NCBI RefSeq assembly: GCF_036971445.1
Contig: NC_091470.1
Span: 203,608,001-203,672,000, forward strand
Reading direction: 5' to 3'
Origin: Narcine bancroftii
Taxonomy: Eukaryota
DNA length: 64,000 nucleotides
Part shown: one piece after another, positions 35,136-47,715 of the stretch
How positions within the stretch are numbered: the stretch's first letter is position 1
Layout of the letters: every line of letters starts with the position of its first letter
Program-made: the position numbers and the translations under genes
Notes under the pieces: generated by a model
Databases searched by the model: none
The model's input: the letters and a program-made list of their open reading frames with translations, nothing else
What the model was told of the DNA's origin: nothing

Positions 35136-38069
35136 TCAGGTGTAGGGAGGGTTGGCGACACCGTCAGCCTCCGCCTCGATGGACACGATATGGTGGCCGG
35201 GGATCATGGCGAGGCCCAGCACCCGGGGCTCGGCCGGGACTGGGGACCCTGCAGCAGAGGCAGGACATCAGATCCCATCTGCTCCCCCTCATTCCCTACC
35301 TGGCACAGCACAATCCCATGGCAGAAATGGGACATCAGTTCCCATCCGCCCCCCCCCCCCCGATCCCCTCAGCATGATCCCACAGCTCGGCTAGGACGGG
35401 GGACCCTGTGGCAGAGATGGGATGTCAGACCATCAGCATACCCCACCCCATTCCCACCGGCACTTCATGATCCCACGGAGGGGGGTGGGGGCAAAGGGAG
35501 GAGGTGGGATGGGAAGGACTGGGCTGAACAATCCGAGGGGACGTCATGTCCAGAGCACGTCAGGGGGCAGGTTGCTCCCAGTGACCGGGGTCTTCTCCTA
35601 CGCACCAATCCATGGATCCGGTTTCTCCCCTCCCCCCCGATAAACACACCAGGGAGTTCACAAGACAAGACAACTCACCCCGCACATGATGGGGTGTGAG
35701 AGGAATCGGGGGGGAGGGCGGTGTGATCCATGGGGTCAAGCACACACTTGTTCACACTTAGACAAACAGATGCTCAGAGACGCACATTAGACACAGAGAC
35801 ACAAGCTTGCACACACACTCAAAACACTACATGCACACACACATGCCCCCATGGGCGCACACAAAGACCCAGACAGGCACTCTTGCTCACACACTTTCAT
35901 ACACCCTCGCCAGGATCAAATCCCCCTCATCCCATTCCCCTACAAGCCCTATGGATTTTCAGATGGATCCCCGTGCCCGGACACGGAAGCTGTATTACCG
36001 GATGGACATTCCCAGGCACCCTCAACGTGAAGCCGGCCCCGGCCCCCCTACCGGTCGGCTTTAGGTACTCCTGAGCAGAGCCCAAGATGACATTGCAGTC
36101 GCGGTCAGTGCAGAGGAAGAGGCCGACCAGGGTCCGGCCGTCTGTCATCCGGATCCGCATGCTCCTGTTCAGCAGGCTTTCCAACATGCACCTAGCGTGG
36201 GAGTACAGCCCATCTCTCACCTGCATGCCATGGCCCTGTAGAACACACAGAGGGGGAGGGAGGAATGAGGGATGGATGGCTGTTGAACAGGCGGGCGCAC
36301 AGAGACACTGGGACAGGATGTGAGAGGGTGCTGAGGGCAAGAAGGGCTCCCGAAGGGCATTGAGTGCTGAAGGTTTGCTGATCATGTCAGCGGTTCGGAT
36401 CTGGAGCTCGGGCTGGAAGGAAATCCATGGACACTCAATAACTCTGAAGGAAACTCTCTTTTGTTTCTCTTTCTCTCGTAAGGGGCGCAGGGCAGCACTA
36501 ATGGTGAGGCTTTGTCTGCAGTTGGGTGTACTTTTTTTTTTTTTTATACACACTGGTTGCATGACAATAAAAGGAATCTAGAATCTTCTGCCCAAAGGGA
36601 GTAGTGAATGAATTGAGACTTTGGGCTCAGAGTCCCACCCTATGGGGCTGGGACACCAATTACCTCCCCCATCCTTCCCCTCTCCCCTTTGTCCTTCCCC
36701 ATCCTCCCTGTCTCTCTCCTCTCCCCACGTCCCTCCCCCTTGTCCTTTACCCCCAACCCCGGTCCTCCCTCCCTCCCTATCTCACCCCACTCCCCTGTCC
36801 TTCCTTTACCCCAGTCCTCCCTCCCTCCCTATCCCACCCCCCCTGTCCTTCCCATACCCTATCTCCCTATCCCACCCAACTCCCCCATCCCCCCCTCCTT
36901 ATCCCACCCCACTACCCGTCCTTCCCCTACCCCTGACCTCCCTCCCTATCCCATGACACTTCCCCTGTTCCTGTCCTTCCCCTATCCCACCCCACTCCCC
37001 TGTCCTTCCCCTACCCCTGACCTCCCTCCCCACCCTACTCCCAGTCCTGTCCTCCCTCCCTCCCTATCTTACCCCACTCCCCCTATTTTCCTACCCCCTC
37101 CTCCCTCCCTTCCTATCCCACTCCACTCCCATCTTTCCCCTACCCTCCCTCCTACCCTATCCCACCCCTCTCCCCCTGTCCTTCCCCTACCCGTCCTCCC
37201 TCCCTCCCTCCCTATCCCACCCCACTCTCAATCCTTCCCCTACCCGTCCTCCCTCCCACCCCATTCCTCCTGTCCTTCCCCTATCTTCCCTCCCACCTAA
37301 TCTCACACCACTCCCCACCCTCCCTCCCCCTACTCATCTCGCACACCACCTGTCCTCCCCCCACCCCTATCTTCCCTCCCTCCTAATCTCACACCACTCC
37401 CTCTGTCCTCCCTCCCCCTACCCCAACCCACTCCCCCGTCCTTCTCCTACTCCTGTCCTCCCTCCCTATCCCACCCCACTCCCCCTGTCATTCCCCTACC
37501 CCTTTCCTCCCTCCCTATCCCAGGACACTTTCCATCCTTCCTCCCTCCCTCCCTATCCCAGGACACCCCCTGTCCTTCCCCTACTGTCCTCCCTCCCTAT
37601 CCCACCCCAAGTCCTTCCCCTTCCTGTCTTCCCTCCCTATCCCACCCCACCTGTCCTTCCCCTACCCCTGTCCTCCCTCCCTATCCCACCCCACCTGTCC
37701 TTCCCCTACCCCTGTCCTCCCTCCCTAACCCACCCCACCTGACCTTCCCCTACCGCTATCTTCCCTCCCTCTTAATCTCACACCACTCCTCCTGTCCTCC
37801 CTCCCCCACCCCACTTCCTCCTAATCTCACACCACTCCCCCCTCCCGCCGCCCTCTCCCCCCTCCCGCCGCCCTCTCCCCCCTCCCGCCGCCCTCTCCCC
37901 CCTCCCGCCGCCCTCTCCCCCCTCCCGCCGCCCTCTCCCCCCTCCCGCCCACCCAAGGGAGCTGGGCAGGGCCCGGTACACATACCGCCGGCCCGTTGCG
38001 CTGCTCCTCGCTCAGTTGCCCATTTTCCCCGAGTACGGACACAACTTCCATACCCGGCATCGCCGCCAT
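35136..38069 (-). CDS. NAA38: N-alpha-acetyltransferase 38, NatC auxiliary subunit (LSMD1), 3 exons, 126 aa
   Basis: Exons 38069-37986 ([12 protein letters not shown]), 36235-36052 ([43 protein letters not shown]), 35248-35136 ([23 protein letters not shown]); 381 nt in frame; Sm-like fold. Confidence 0.95.
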
Positions 38070-38228
38070 CTTACAGCGGCCCTGTCAAACATCGCGAGAA
38101 CAGCTCCCCCACACCCAGGGGCCCAGCATCGCGAGAACAGCTGGTTAATTGCACGATCATGGCAGCTGGGGCTCATGGTGCGTTCTGGGGGGGTTGTAGT
38201 CCGGCGAACCGGAAATCCCGGTGTGGCC
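38061..38228. promoter_or_regulatory. Compact CpG-rich bidirectional promoter of NAA38 and CYB5D1
   Basis: Head-to-head ATGs 160 bp apart; YY1 motif CGCCGCCATCTT 38061-38072; duplicated CATCGCGAGAACAGCT at 38090 and 38127; GGACTACAA on the minus strand near 38194-38202; CCGGAA near 38209. Confidence 0.75.
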
Positions 38229-41200
38229 ATGACGACCACGGACGCCGGCGCCATGCTGCACTCCCGCTACTACACTCCCGGCGAAGTGGCGGGGCACAAC
38301 ACGATGGCCGATTTGTGGGTCTCCTTCCTTGGCAAGGTGTATAACCTCACGGCTCTGGCCCGCGAGTACCAAGGTATTCTCGGCTGAGGGAGGGAGCGCC
38401 GCAGGAAGGGGATGGGAGCGAGGGAGCGCCGTGGGAAAGGAAGGATGGGAACAGGGGAGCTCTACGGGGGTGTGGGAACGAGGGGGCCCAGAAGGAGGGG
38501 GTCGAAATGAGGGAGCGCCGCGGGATCTCCACAACCCTCGTTTCCACCAGGTGGAGATCACGTGACCCTCCACACCCCCACGAAGTTCCAGATGGAGATG
38601 TCACGTGACCATCCACAATCCACATGACAAGTGTCCGGCACTTTCTGCTGATGGCGAAATTTTGTGTGCCTTACAGCAGACTAAAGCAAATTTCAAGTAA
38701 TATTAACAAGCTAACCAAAAACCAGGATGAATTCTCATTTTCTGGCCATCCTGTAAAGTTGGCAGCAAGAACTGTAGCAAAATTGAATGCTGGAAAGACT
38801 CCATCTCCTTTAAAATATTATGTTTATCATAACACCCCCACTCAGCCCCTCCCCAGCTCTTTTACCTCTTCATTTCCACACATCACTCTCTTCCACTTCA
38901 ACCTGGGCGGCACAGTTAGCACAACACTGTTACAGCACCAGCATCCCAGGTTCGAATCCCGCGCTGTCTGTAAGGAGTTTGTATGTTCTCCCTGTGGGTT
39001 TCCCCGGGGGCTCCAATTTCCTCCCACCCTCCAAAATGTACTGGGGGTTGCGGGTCAATTGGGGTAATGGGGCGGCACGTGCTCATGTGCCAAAATGGCC
39101 TGTTACCGTGCTGTATGTCTAAATTTTTTAAAAATCATGAGAGGAATAGATCGGGTGAATGCAGAGAGTTCTTTGCCCAGGGTCGGGGAATCGAAACCAG
39201 AGGTCACAGGTTTAAGGTGAGGAGGGGGCGGTGATGGGAGAGATTTAACAAGACCCTAATGTGTTGACTTTTTTTACACAGAGGAACAGGAAGAGGTAGT
39301 CAAGGTAGGGACTTTTGCAGTGTTTAAGAAAGAAACATTTGGCAGATCGATAGATAGGACAGGTTTAGAGGGCCATGGGGTCAAACACAGGCAGGTGGGA
39401 CTTTCGGACGGATCCATGTATAGGATGGGTTTAGAGAGATATGGGGCCGTACACAGGCAGGTAGGGCATTCAGATAGATACTTTGATGTATCAAGCCTAA
39501 AACATTGAAGTTTGTATGGACTTCCTGTGTCTGCATGTGTTTCCTCCGAATGCTCCGGTTTCCTCCCGCCGTTCAAAATGGACCAGGTAATAGGTCAATT
39601 GGGTGTAACTGGGTGGCGCCGGAAGGGCCTGTTACTGTGCTGTATGACTAAACACAAATAAATATATAAATTCAATCAGGCTCGTGAGACACGACCTACC
39701 CCTGACGAAGCCATGCTGATTTTGCTTTGTTCTTCAAATCAGGTGACGTCTTGCTTAAACCCATTCTTGAAGCAGCTGGACAAGACATCAGCCACTGGTT
39801 TGATAAGGAAAGTCATGATGTAAGTTGGGGTGGTCAGCTCGGAAGGCTGTGGCGCTGCCAGATGGGGTTGGTAGATGTCTGGTGGTCAGTACTGACAGGA
39901 TGGGTCAAAGAGGCTGGCTCAGCACAGCACAGTTCTAGAAATTGATGAGGGTAGGATGGTAGATGTGGTGTATATGTATTCAGTCAGGCATTTGACAAGG
40001 TCCCCCATGAGAGTCTTGTTCAGAAAGTCATGAGGCAAGGAATCCATGGAACCATGGCTGTGTGGATCAAAAAATTGACTTGCCTACAGAAAGCAGAGAG
40101 AAGCAGTGGACAGAAAGTATTCTGCCTGGAGTTCCACAGGGATCTGTTCTGGGACCCCTACTCTTTGTGATTTATGTAAATGACCTAGATGAAGAGGTGG
40201 AAGGATGGGTCAGTAAGTTTGTGGATGATACAAAGGTTGGAGGAGTTGTGGATGGTGCTGAAGGTTGCCGTAGGTCACAACAGGATTTGGACAGGATTCA
40301 GAGTGGGCAGAAAAATGGCACAGCCCAAGAAATCACAGGCGAAACCCTCCCCACCATCGAGAACATCTACAGCACACATGTCAAACTCAGGCCCACGGGC
40401 CAAATTTGGCCTGTGATATAATTATATTTGTCCTGCAAGATCATATCAAATATGTATTAGAGCTGGCCTGCTGGCCGCCGCACCAGTATAGCGCATGCAC
40501 AGCTAATACTACAAATCCCAGAATGCTTTGCAAATGCATTGGCGTCAGCCCGCTAATCGCCCCCACCTCCTCTCTTTACTTTCATTAGCATCTGCGACCT
40601 GTCGCCGAACTCACATGTAATAAACCCCTTACGAAAAATGGCCAAACGAAAGACAGAAGACAGGACCTTTCAAGACAGGTGGGAGGCAAACTCTGACCCC
40701 AGAGTTTGATGAGATACCAAGAAGAGATACCAAGTATCTGGTTTAGACCTAGGTGTATCAGAGTAAATCACAGTGTAGCAAGCTAAGCTTGGATTAATAT
40801 TTTCTTTGGTTAACTTTGGACTGTTCATAGTTGAAAGATTGGATTTTCATTGAAGCAAGTTGTTATTTTTTTGACTTGTTGGCTTGTGAAAAAAAATACA
40901 TTTAAAAGGAGCTTAAAGGGTATAGAGAAATATTATTATTGAATATTTTATTTCTCATTTGTTAATGCTTCTTCTGGAAAGAGTTTAACCAAAACTATTA
41001 TTAAACATTTATTTTAATAAGAAAAAGTTTAACATTACATATGTTGAAAGAAGAGAAAACATGCAGATGTTGTTGAAAATTTTCAATAAATATTTAGTTT
41101 GGCCCACGACTTAGTCCAAGTTTTTAATTTTGGCCCTCTGTGAATTTGAGTTTGACACCCCTGATCTACAGGGTACTCTGCCATTGGAGAGCAGCAGCGA

Positions 41201-44200
41201 TCATCAAGGATTCACACCACCCAGCACACACTTGGTTCTCACTTGGAACGACTTGGAAAATTCATTTTCTGAGTTCGCACTTTGATGTCTTCCCTGTTGA
41301 TATTGGTGCAGTCAGTGACGGACACGGTGAAAGGTTTCATTGGGACATTGCGACCGTGGAAAAGCGGTGTCAGATCAACTGGAATCCATCAAGACTGGTT
41401 GACCATTGTTGGACACTGGCACAAGAGGCATCAGATGCTGAGTACAAACGAAAATCAGTGGCAAAACATTTTTAGGTCAGTTGAACTAATGCAATGTGTC
41501 AGCATCATTATGCGATTAAACTTGCTAAATTCAATAAAAGTTAATGTAATGTTTCTTTAACTTCCTAAATGATAGAGCAAATCAGAAATTATCTTTCTGT
41601 TCAGCTTGAAGTTGTCTGCCATAATCCCCCATTTTTTTTAAACTATTTTGTGGGAAAAAGACTTGTTGTCCTGTGTAATTTACCTGTCCATACCTTGAAA
41701 GCAATGATCTATCTTTCCAAATTGCATGGAACTCTTATCTATGGGTATTCTTTTCTCAGAATCAGAATTTATTGTCACAAACAAGTCACAAAATTTGTTG
41801 TTTTGTGGCAGCATCACACTGCCAACATTTATTTAAACCACCTTACAAAAATAAATAGTGCACGAAAAGTCAAAGTAAGGCAGTGTCTTTGGTTCATTGA
41901 TTATTCAGGAAGCTGATGGCAATGGGGAAGAAGTTGTCCTTGTGCTGCTGGGTGCTTGTCTTCAGGCTAATGTAACTTTTTCCCATGGCAGTGGAATGAA
42001 GAGGGCATGGCCTTGAGGATTGGGGCTGCTTTCTTAAGACACCACCTCTTGCAGATATCCTCGATGGAGTGAAGTCTGGTGTCCATGATGTCGCAGGCCG
42101 AATTAACAACCCTCTGGAGTTTTCTCTTGTCCTGTGCGTTGACACCTCTAAAAGCAGACAGTGATGCAACCAGCCACAAATCTCTGCAGTGCACCTGTAG
42201 AGGTTTTCAAGAGAATTCGGTGACATACCGAATCTTCTGAAACTCCTTGCAAAGTGTAATTTCATTCTTATTCAATTTTAAAAAAATATAAAGACAACTT
42301 AGAGGGGTTTGTAAGTTAATTAGGGTATTTGAGAGGCACAGACTCGTGGGACGGAGGGGCCTGTTACTGTGCTGTGTTTTTTAAAAAAATACACCTGGGT
42401 GACCAATTCATTTACTAACCCCTGTATGCTATGTGTTTGGAGGACGGGATGAAATTGGAGTACCCGGCGGAAATGCATGCAGACATGAGGAAAACCGTAC
42501 AAACTCTTTACAGATTCAAACCACAGTTGCTGGAACTGTAATAGTGCTGTGCCACCTTTCCCTTTCAGAAATAGAAATTGGGAATTAATTTAAAGTTCAG
42601 ATTTCAGATTTATTGTCAGAGGACATACATGGCTTCAATACAAGCCTGAGATTCTTTTTCATGTGGGCCAGGCAGAATTACCACTAGTTGGTAGTGCAAA
42701 AAAACTGCACTCAAGAAAAGATGAGTATACAAAAGAGAGCGATGTAAACAAAGCAATGTGCAAACAAATTGTGCAAGACAGAAAATACTCAATACAGTCC
42801 TTAAATGAGTCTCTGATTGAGTTTGTTGTTGAAGATTCTGATGGTGGAGGGGGTAGCAAGTCTTGGGGCCCCGAGACCTTTTTCCTGATGGCAGCAGCGA
42901 GAACTGAGCGTGTGCTGGGTGGTGCGGACCCTTGATTGCTGTTGCTCTCTGACGGCAGTGTTCCCCGTAGATGTAGTCGATAGTGGGGAGGGTTTTGCCT
43001 GTGTCCACGACCTTTTGCAGGGATTTATGCTCAGGGGTATTGGTGTTTCCCCCACACCATACCGTGATGCAGCCGGTCAGCACATTCTGTCGAAATTTGC
43101 CAGGGTTTCCGATGTCATACCAAACCTCCGCAAACTCCTGAGGAGGTAGAGGCGTTGTATTACACTACAATCAAGAGCATCAGCACACTTCCTTGTTGTA
43201 TCTCCTGAACCCACCCTCACCTGCTGCAGGTCCGCGTTGAAATCGATCAGCTGACCAACTGCCAGAAGTACCACACTCCTCGAGGCCGCTTTGTCCATGT
43301 TCCACCTCCCATGCCCCACAGCGACTGGTTCAACGGCTTTGGCGCACCCTGGTGGAAAGATCAAAAGTACGAGGTTGGAAATCTGAGTGTAAAAACACGG
43401 CATATTCGGATCATCAATACTCTGACTGCGCAAGAACAAGTGCTGGAGGTACAGAGTGCCTGTCGGGCATCTGATGGGGGTGGGGGAGAGCGTGGTGGTG
43501 AGAGGAAACATGACTTGTTTCTCAGATTGCAGGGTCCTGACTGATCCAGAGGCAGTGTACACCAGCACGTTTAACTATTACACCCCAGTGACCTGGGGTA
43601 CAAATCCCGCGCTATCTGTAAGGAATATTTATGTTCTCCCCATCTCCGTCTGGGTTACCCTGGTTGCTCCTCTTTCCTTCTATCCTTCAAAATGTACTGG
43701 GGGGGTTGTAGGTTAATTTGGACGGCATGGGCTCATGGGAGGAGGCAAAAATATATAACCGACGTTTAGGGCTTGACCCCTCCCCCATTCAATTCTCTAC
43801 TTTTCTCTCCTGTCCTCCTATCCGCGGCCTCTTGCCTGTTGGCCTGTGCTCCCCCTGCCCCTTCTTCCTTACCCTGCCTGCCCATCCGAACACCCAATGC
43901 CCCAAAGGTGGACTTATCACCCAGACCTGGCTGTCAGCCAGCCCATCTGACATCCTCTGCTGCACGAATGTGGAGTCATTCCTCAGCTGCCTGCACATCT
44001 GAGCTACCAACACCCTGAACGTGGACTTGTCACCTAATCCTGGCCACCTGCTCATTAGAGCTCCCGACAGCCCGAACGTGGAGTCACTTCTCGGTTGCCC
44101 ACCCATCCGAGCTCCTGACTCCCTAAACATGGAGTTGCCCTCCCACCTGCCCATCCAAGCTCCTGACACCCTGAAAATGGAATTGCTTCCTGACTGCCTG

Positions 44201-44697
44201 ACCATCCAATCTCCTGATTCCCTGAACACAGAGAGATTCTCCAGCAGCCCTCCCACCCACCCATCAGAGCTCCCGATGCTTTGGACATCGCAGATACTTA
44301 TCGCAGTCAAAGGTAGCATCTGTGTAATCACCAACCCCATAAATTTAATGTTAAAAACCGTTCTGCAACACTGGACCTCTACACAGGCCATATGGTACCG
44401 TCATGCTGTCTACACACTCCCCTGCCTCACTTGCTGCCCATGTTGTTGTCTCCCCTCCCCACCAAGGTGTGCAGCGAGGAGACGTTGAACGAGATCCTGG
44501 AGCGGTACCTAGCATACAATGCTCATGCGGCCAGCTACACATGGAAACACAGCGGTGTGAGGCTGGCCATGGACAAGACGCTGGAGGAGAATGGGATCAC
44601 AGACGAGGACGAGGACCTCCATGAGCTGCAGATGGAGCCCCAGGACTGGCGCCACTCCATTCTGCTCTACTTCAACGACAACCTGACTGAGCTGTAG
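38229..44697 (+). CDS. CYB5D1: Cytochrome b5 domain-containing protein 1, 4 exons, about 223 aa
   Basis: Exons 38229-38373 ([26 protein letters not shown]; alternative in-frame ATGs at 38175 and 38253), 39743-39819 ([18 protein letters not shown]), 43230-43448 ([19 protein letters not shown]), 44467-44697 ([23 protein letters not shown]); AATAAA 44771-44776. Confidence 0.95.
39935..40305 (+). mobile_element. CR1-type LINE reverse transcriptase fragment
   Basis: [31 protein letters not shown]. Confidence 0.8.
40373..41163 (+). mobile_element. Internally deleted hAT (Charlie/Buster-type) transposon with 8-bp TSD
   Basis: TIR-like CACACATGTCAAACTC..GAGTTTGACACCCCTG; TSD ATCTACAG at 40365-40372 and 41164-41171; transposase N-terminus [16 protein letters not shown] at about 40638 fused to a C-terminal LTPEFD remnant. 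Confidence 0.82.
41245..41650 (+). mobile_element. DNA transposon remnant (Chapaev3/CMC-like)
   Basis: [45 protein letters not shown]; homologous to 31400-31775. Confidence 0.55.
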
Positions 44698-47394
44698 GAG
44701 ACTGCCCATGCCACGGGTGGCTGCCCCCCCCCCCTCAATCTGCTGAATATACCCTATGTTTGCATGCTTTAATAAAGGTGATCTTCTTTCTGGCGACGTG
44801 ACTCAAAGTGCATCGAGCAGCACACGCCGTCTACTCATTACATATCAGGCAGCATCCATGGGGAGAAATAGAACATTCCAGCATAGTCCAGGCCCTTTGA
44901 CCTACAATGTTGTGCTGACCTAGATAAACCAACAGCGCCAGCGAATGGGGTTCATATCTGGCACTGTCTGTAAGGAGTTTGTATGCTCTCTCCTTGTCTG
45001 CATGGGTTTACCTCAGGGGCTCCGGTTTCCTCCCACCCTTCAAAATGCATGGGGCTTGTAGGTCAATTGGGGTATTAGGCTGGAACAGGGCCTGTTATCG
45101 TCCTCCATGTCTTATCAGAAAACCTCTCCAACACCCCTAAAGAGTCTCTGCCCTCTGGCAAAGTCACTGTTCTTCCGTAATCAGTGTAGCGACCCAAGAT
45201 TCGAATCTGGCGCTGTCTGTATGGAGTTTGTACGTTCTGACCGTGTCTGCGTGGGTTTCCTCTCATCCTTCCAAAGCATACGGGGGTTGTAGGTTAATTT
45301 GGGCAGTACAGGTTTGTGGGCCAGAAGACCCTATTACCTTGTATGACTAAATTAAATTTAACCCTTCCCTCCCTCACACCCAGAACCCTCCATTTTTCTG
45401 ACATCTATATTACTGTCCAAGTCTTTTAAATGTCCCTATTGTACCAGCCTCTACCACCACCCCAGGCAATGCTTTCCAGGCACTGTGTAAAAAAAACACA
45501 AAGGGTACCTCTGACGTCTCCCCTAAACCTTCCTCCCTTCACCTTGTACAGATGTCCTCTGGTGTTTGCCACTAGTTGTCAGCCCTATCTATGCCCTTTA
45601 TATTCCTGGAGACCTCTTTCAGTTGGTTCAGATCAGAGGTGAAATGTTGGCTGGTTTTTCCTTCATCCCTGGGCTCTCCCTGTCTCTTTCCCTCTTGTAC
45701 ATTCCCTCTCAGTCTCCACACTGTGGATGCGTTGATCCACCAATACTGCCTGACCACCCAGAAATCCTTTATCGGTCCTGTTTCCAGCACCCACAGCCTT
45801 TGTGCATGTGGCGCATCTCCCAGTGCTGCGGGCAGGGAGGAGAGAGAGCTGGGCCACCTGGACCAGTAAACCTAACACAGGCGAATCTGCTCTCTGCCCT
45901 TCCCGCTCTCCCAGCCCTGCACAAGTTGGAGGAGGCTGATTTGGCCCATCGGTCTTTGCCAGCCCACAGAATAATCCTATTCCTCATTGACCCTGGGTTT
46001 TCCCCCCTCGCCCACACTGGAGGGGGATTCACAGTAACTGATTAAATCCGACCTCACACATGGTGGGGGGGGGGGGGGGAATGTTGGAGGGAACCAGAGT
46101 GTCTGGATGGGTGAGATCCACAGGGAGAATGTCTAAACTCCACACTCACACGCACGGAGACCAATAGGAATGGAACAAAGGTTACTGCAGTGGTGAATCA
46201 GTACCCACTGTACCACTGCAAAGGTCAAAGCATGAAGTAGAGGACAGATTGCTCCAACAGGATTTGTCCTCTCTTCAGGTGGTCCTGGGTGTCTGGAGGT
46301 AAGACGAGGATAGAGGTCACAAGGGTTATTGTCAGAGTGGAACCCCGGCTCCAGCTGTGTCTGAAACAGCCCTTCAGGGTTCAGTACATGACATCCGGAG
46401 ACAGACAGTGGTCACAGACTAAGTGCAAGCATGCCCTATGTGGCGACTTTAATCCAATTCTGGACTCCCTCCTCAAAACCCATTTTGGAGTGCATGTCCA
46501 TGTGATAACCAATCAAAGGCCTTCTCCTAGTTTAAGCTGACCAGGCAGATGTCCACATCCCTTCCCCCCCTCTCCCGCAAGTAGGCGAGGGTATCTCTGA
46601 GCAGTGCGATGCTTTCAGATCTTCCAGCTTGGAACTGTGCAGGTTTGGACTGGGTAGATTACTGCTCCAGGGCAGACTGGATTCAATTTTTGGTGGCTTT
46701 GGAGGGTCGCAGGGGGAAGTGACTATTACTCCTGAGTACATTTTTCAGAAGTGGCACCTCTCCTCCCCACCCCACCCCCATTCCGTCACTCCCACCACCC
46801 CCCGCTCCAGTCCGACGCTGCCGAAAAATCAGTGCTGCCTGCTATTCAACCACTGACTCACCGTCTGGCCTTTTTACGTGCTCGCTCCCCCTAAGGTTAG
46901 AACCTGTCTACGCCCCTGGGTTCAGGAAAGTCTGGCGAATGACTGTGAACTACATTGGAGTTGAGGTGCGAGCGCAGGCATGCGTTTCTGAGTCAATGGA
47001 TGAAGGAGTGAGGAATGAGTGGAAACAGTGACATGAACAAGTTCATTTATCATCCGATTGTAGCAGTGCCACCTAACGAAACAGTGTTCTTCAGTCCTCG
47101 GTGCAAAACACAGATACAGACAAGCAATACAGATGCAGCACATAAAAAATAATGTTTCGTGAATATGAGAGTCTCAGAGGGCCAGTGTGAACAGTTCCTT
47201 TGGTCGTTCAGCATTCTCACTGCCCATGAGAAGAAGCTGTTCCTCAGCCTGGTGGTGCTGGCTCTGAAGACATTACAATAATTTGAACTTTATTGAAATT
47301 TTAAAAACAAATTGTTGAAAAGACATGCAACAATATCTCTCCTTTCTAGAAGGATTAAGTAAGTCTGGCATGTTACTCACTGCCCTTCAACTTC

Positions 47395-47715
47395 CACAGG
47401 GACCCTGTCGAAATCCCATCTCCCAACACCACCCACAGGGACCCTGTCGAAATCCCGTCTCCCAACACCCACAGGGGCCCTGTCGAAATCCTGTCTCCCA
47501 ACACCCAAAAGGGCCCTGTCGAAATCCCGTCTCCCAACACCCACAGGGGCCCTGTCGAAATCCCATCTCCCAACACCACCCACAGGGGCCCTGTCGAAAT
47601 CCCGTCTCCCAACACCACCCACAGGGGCCCTGTCAAAATCCCGTCTCCCAACAACACCTACAGGGGCCCCGTCGAAATCCCATCTCCCCATTGCTTAACT
47701 TTCACAGGGGCCCCG
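47395..47715. repeat. 30/33-bp minisatellite, about 10 copies
   Basis: Unit CACAGGGGCCCTGTCGAAATCCCGTCTCCCAACAC(CAC). Confidence 0.9.

Noticed and set aside
38905-38975. tRNA gene (GGTTCGAATCC B-box)
   Set aside because: It is the tRNA-derived head of a SINE and continues directly into the V-domain; the same holds for the other copies.
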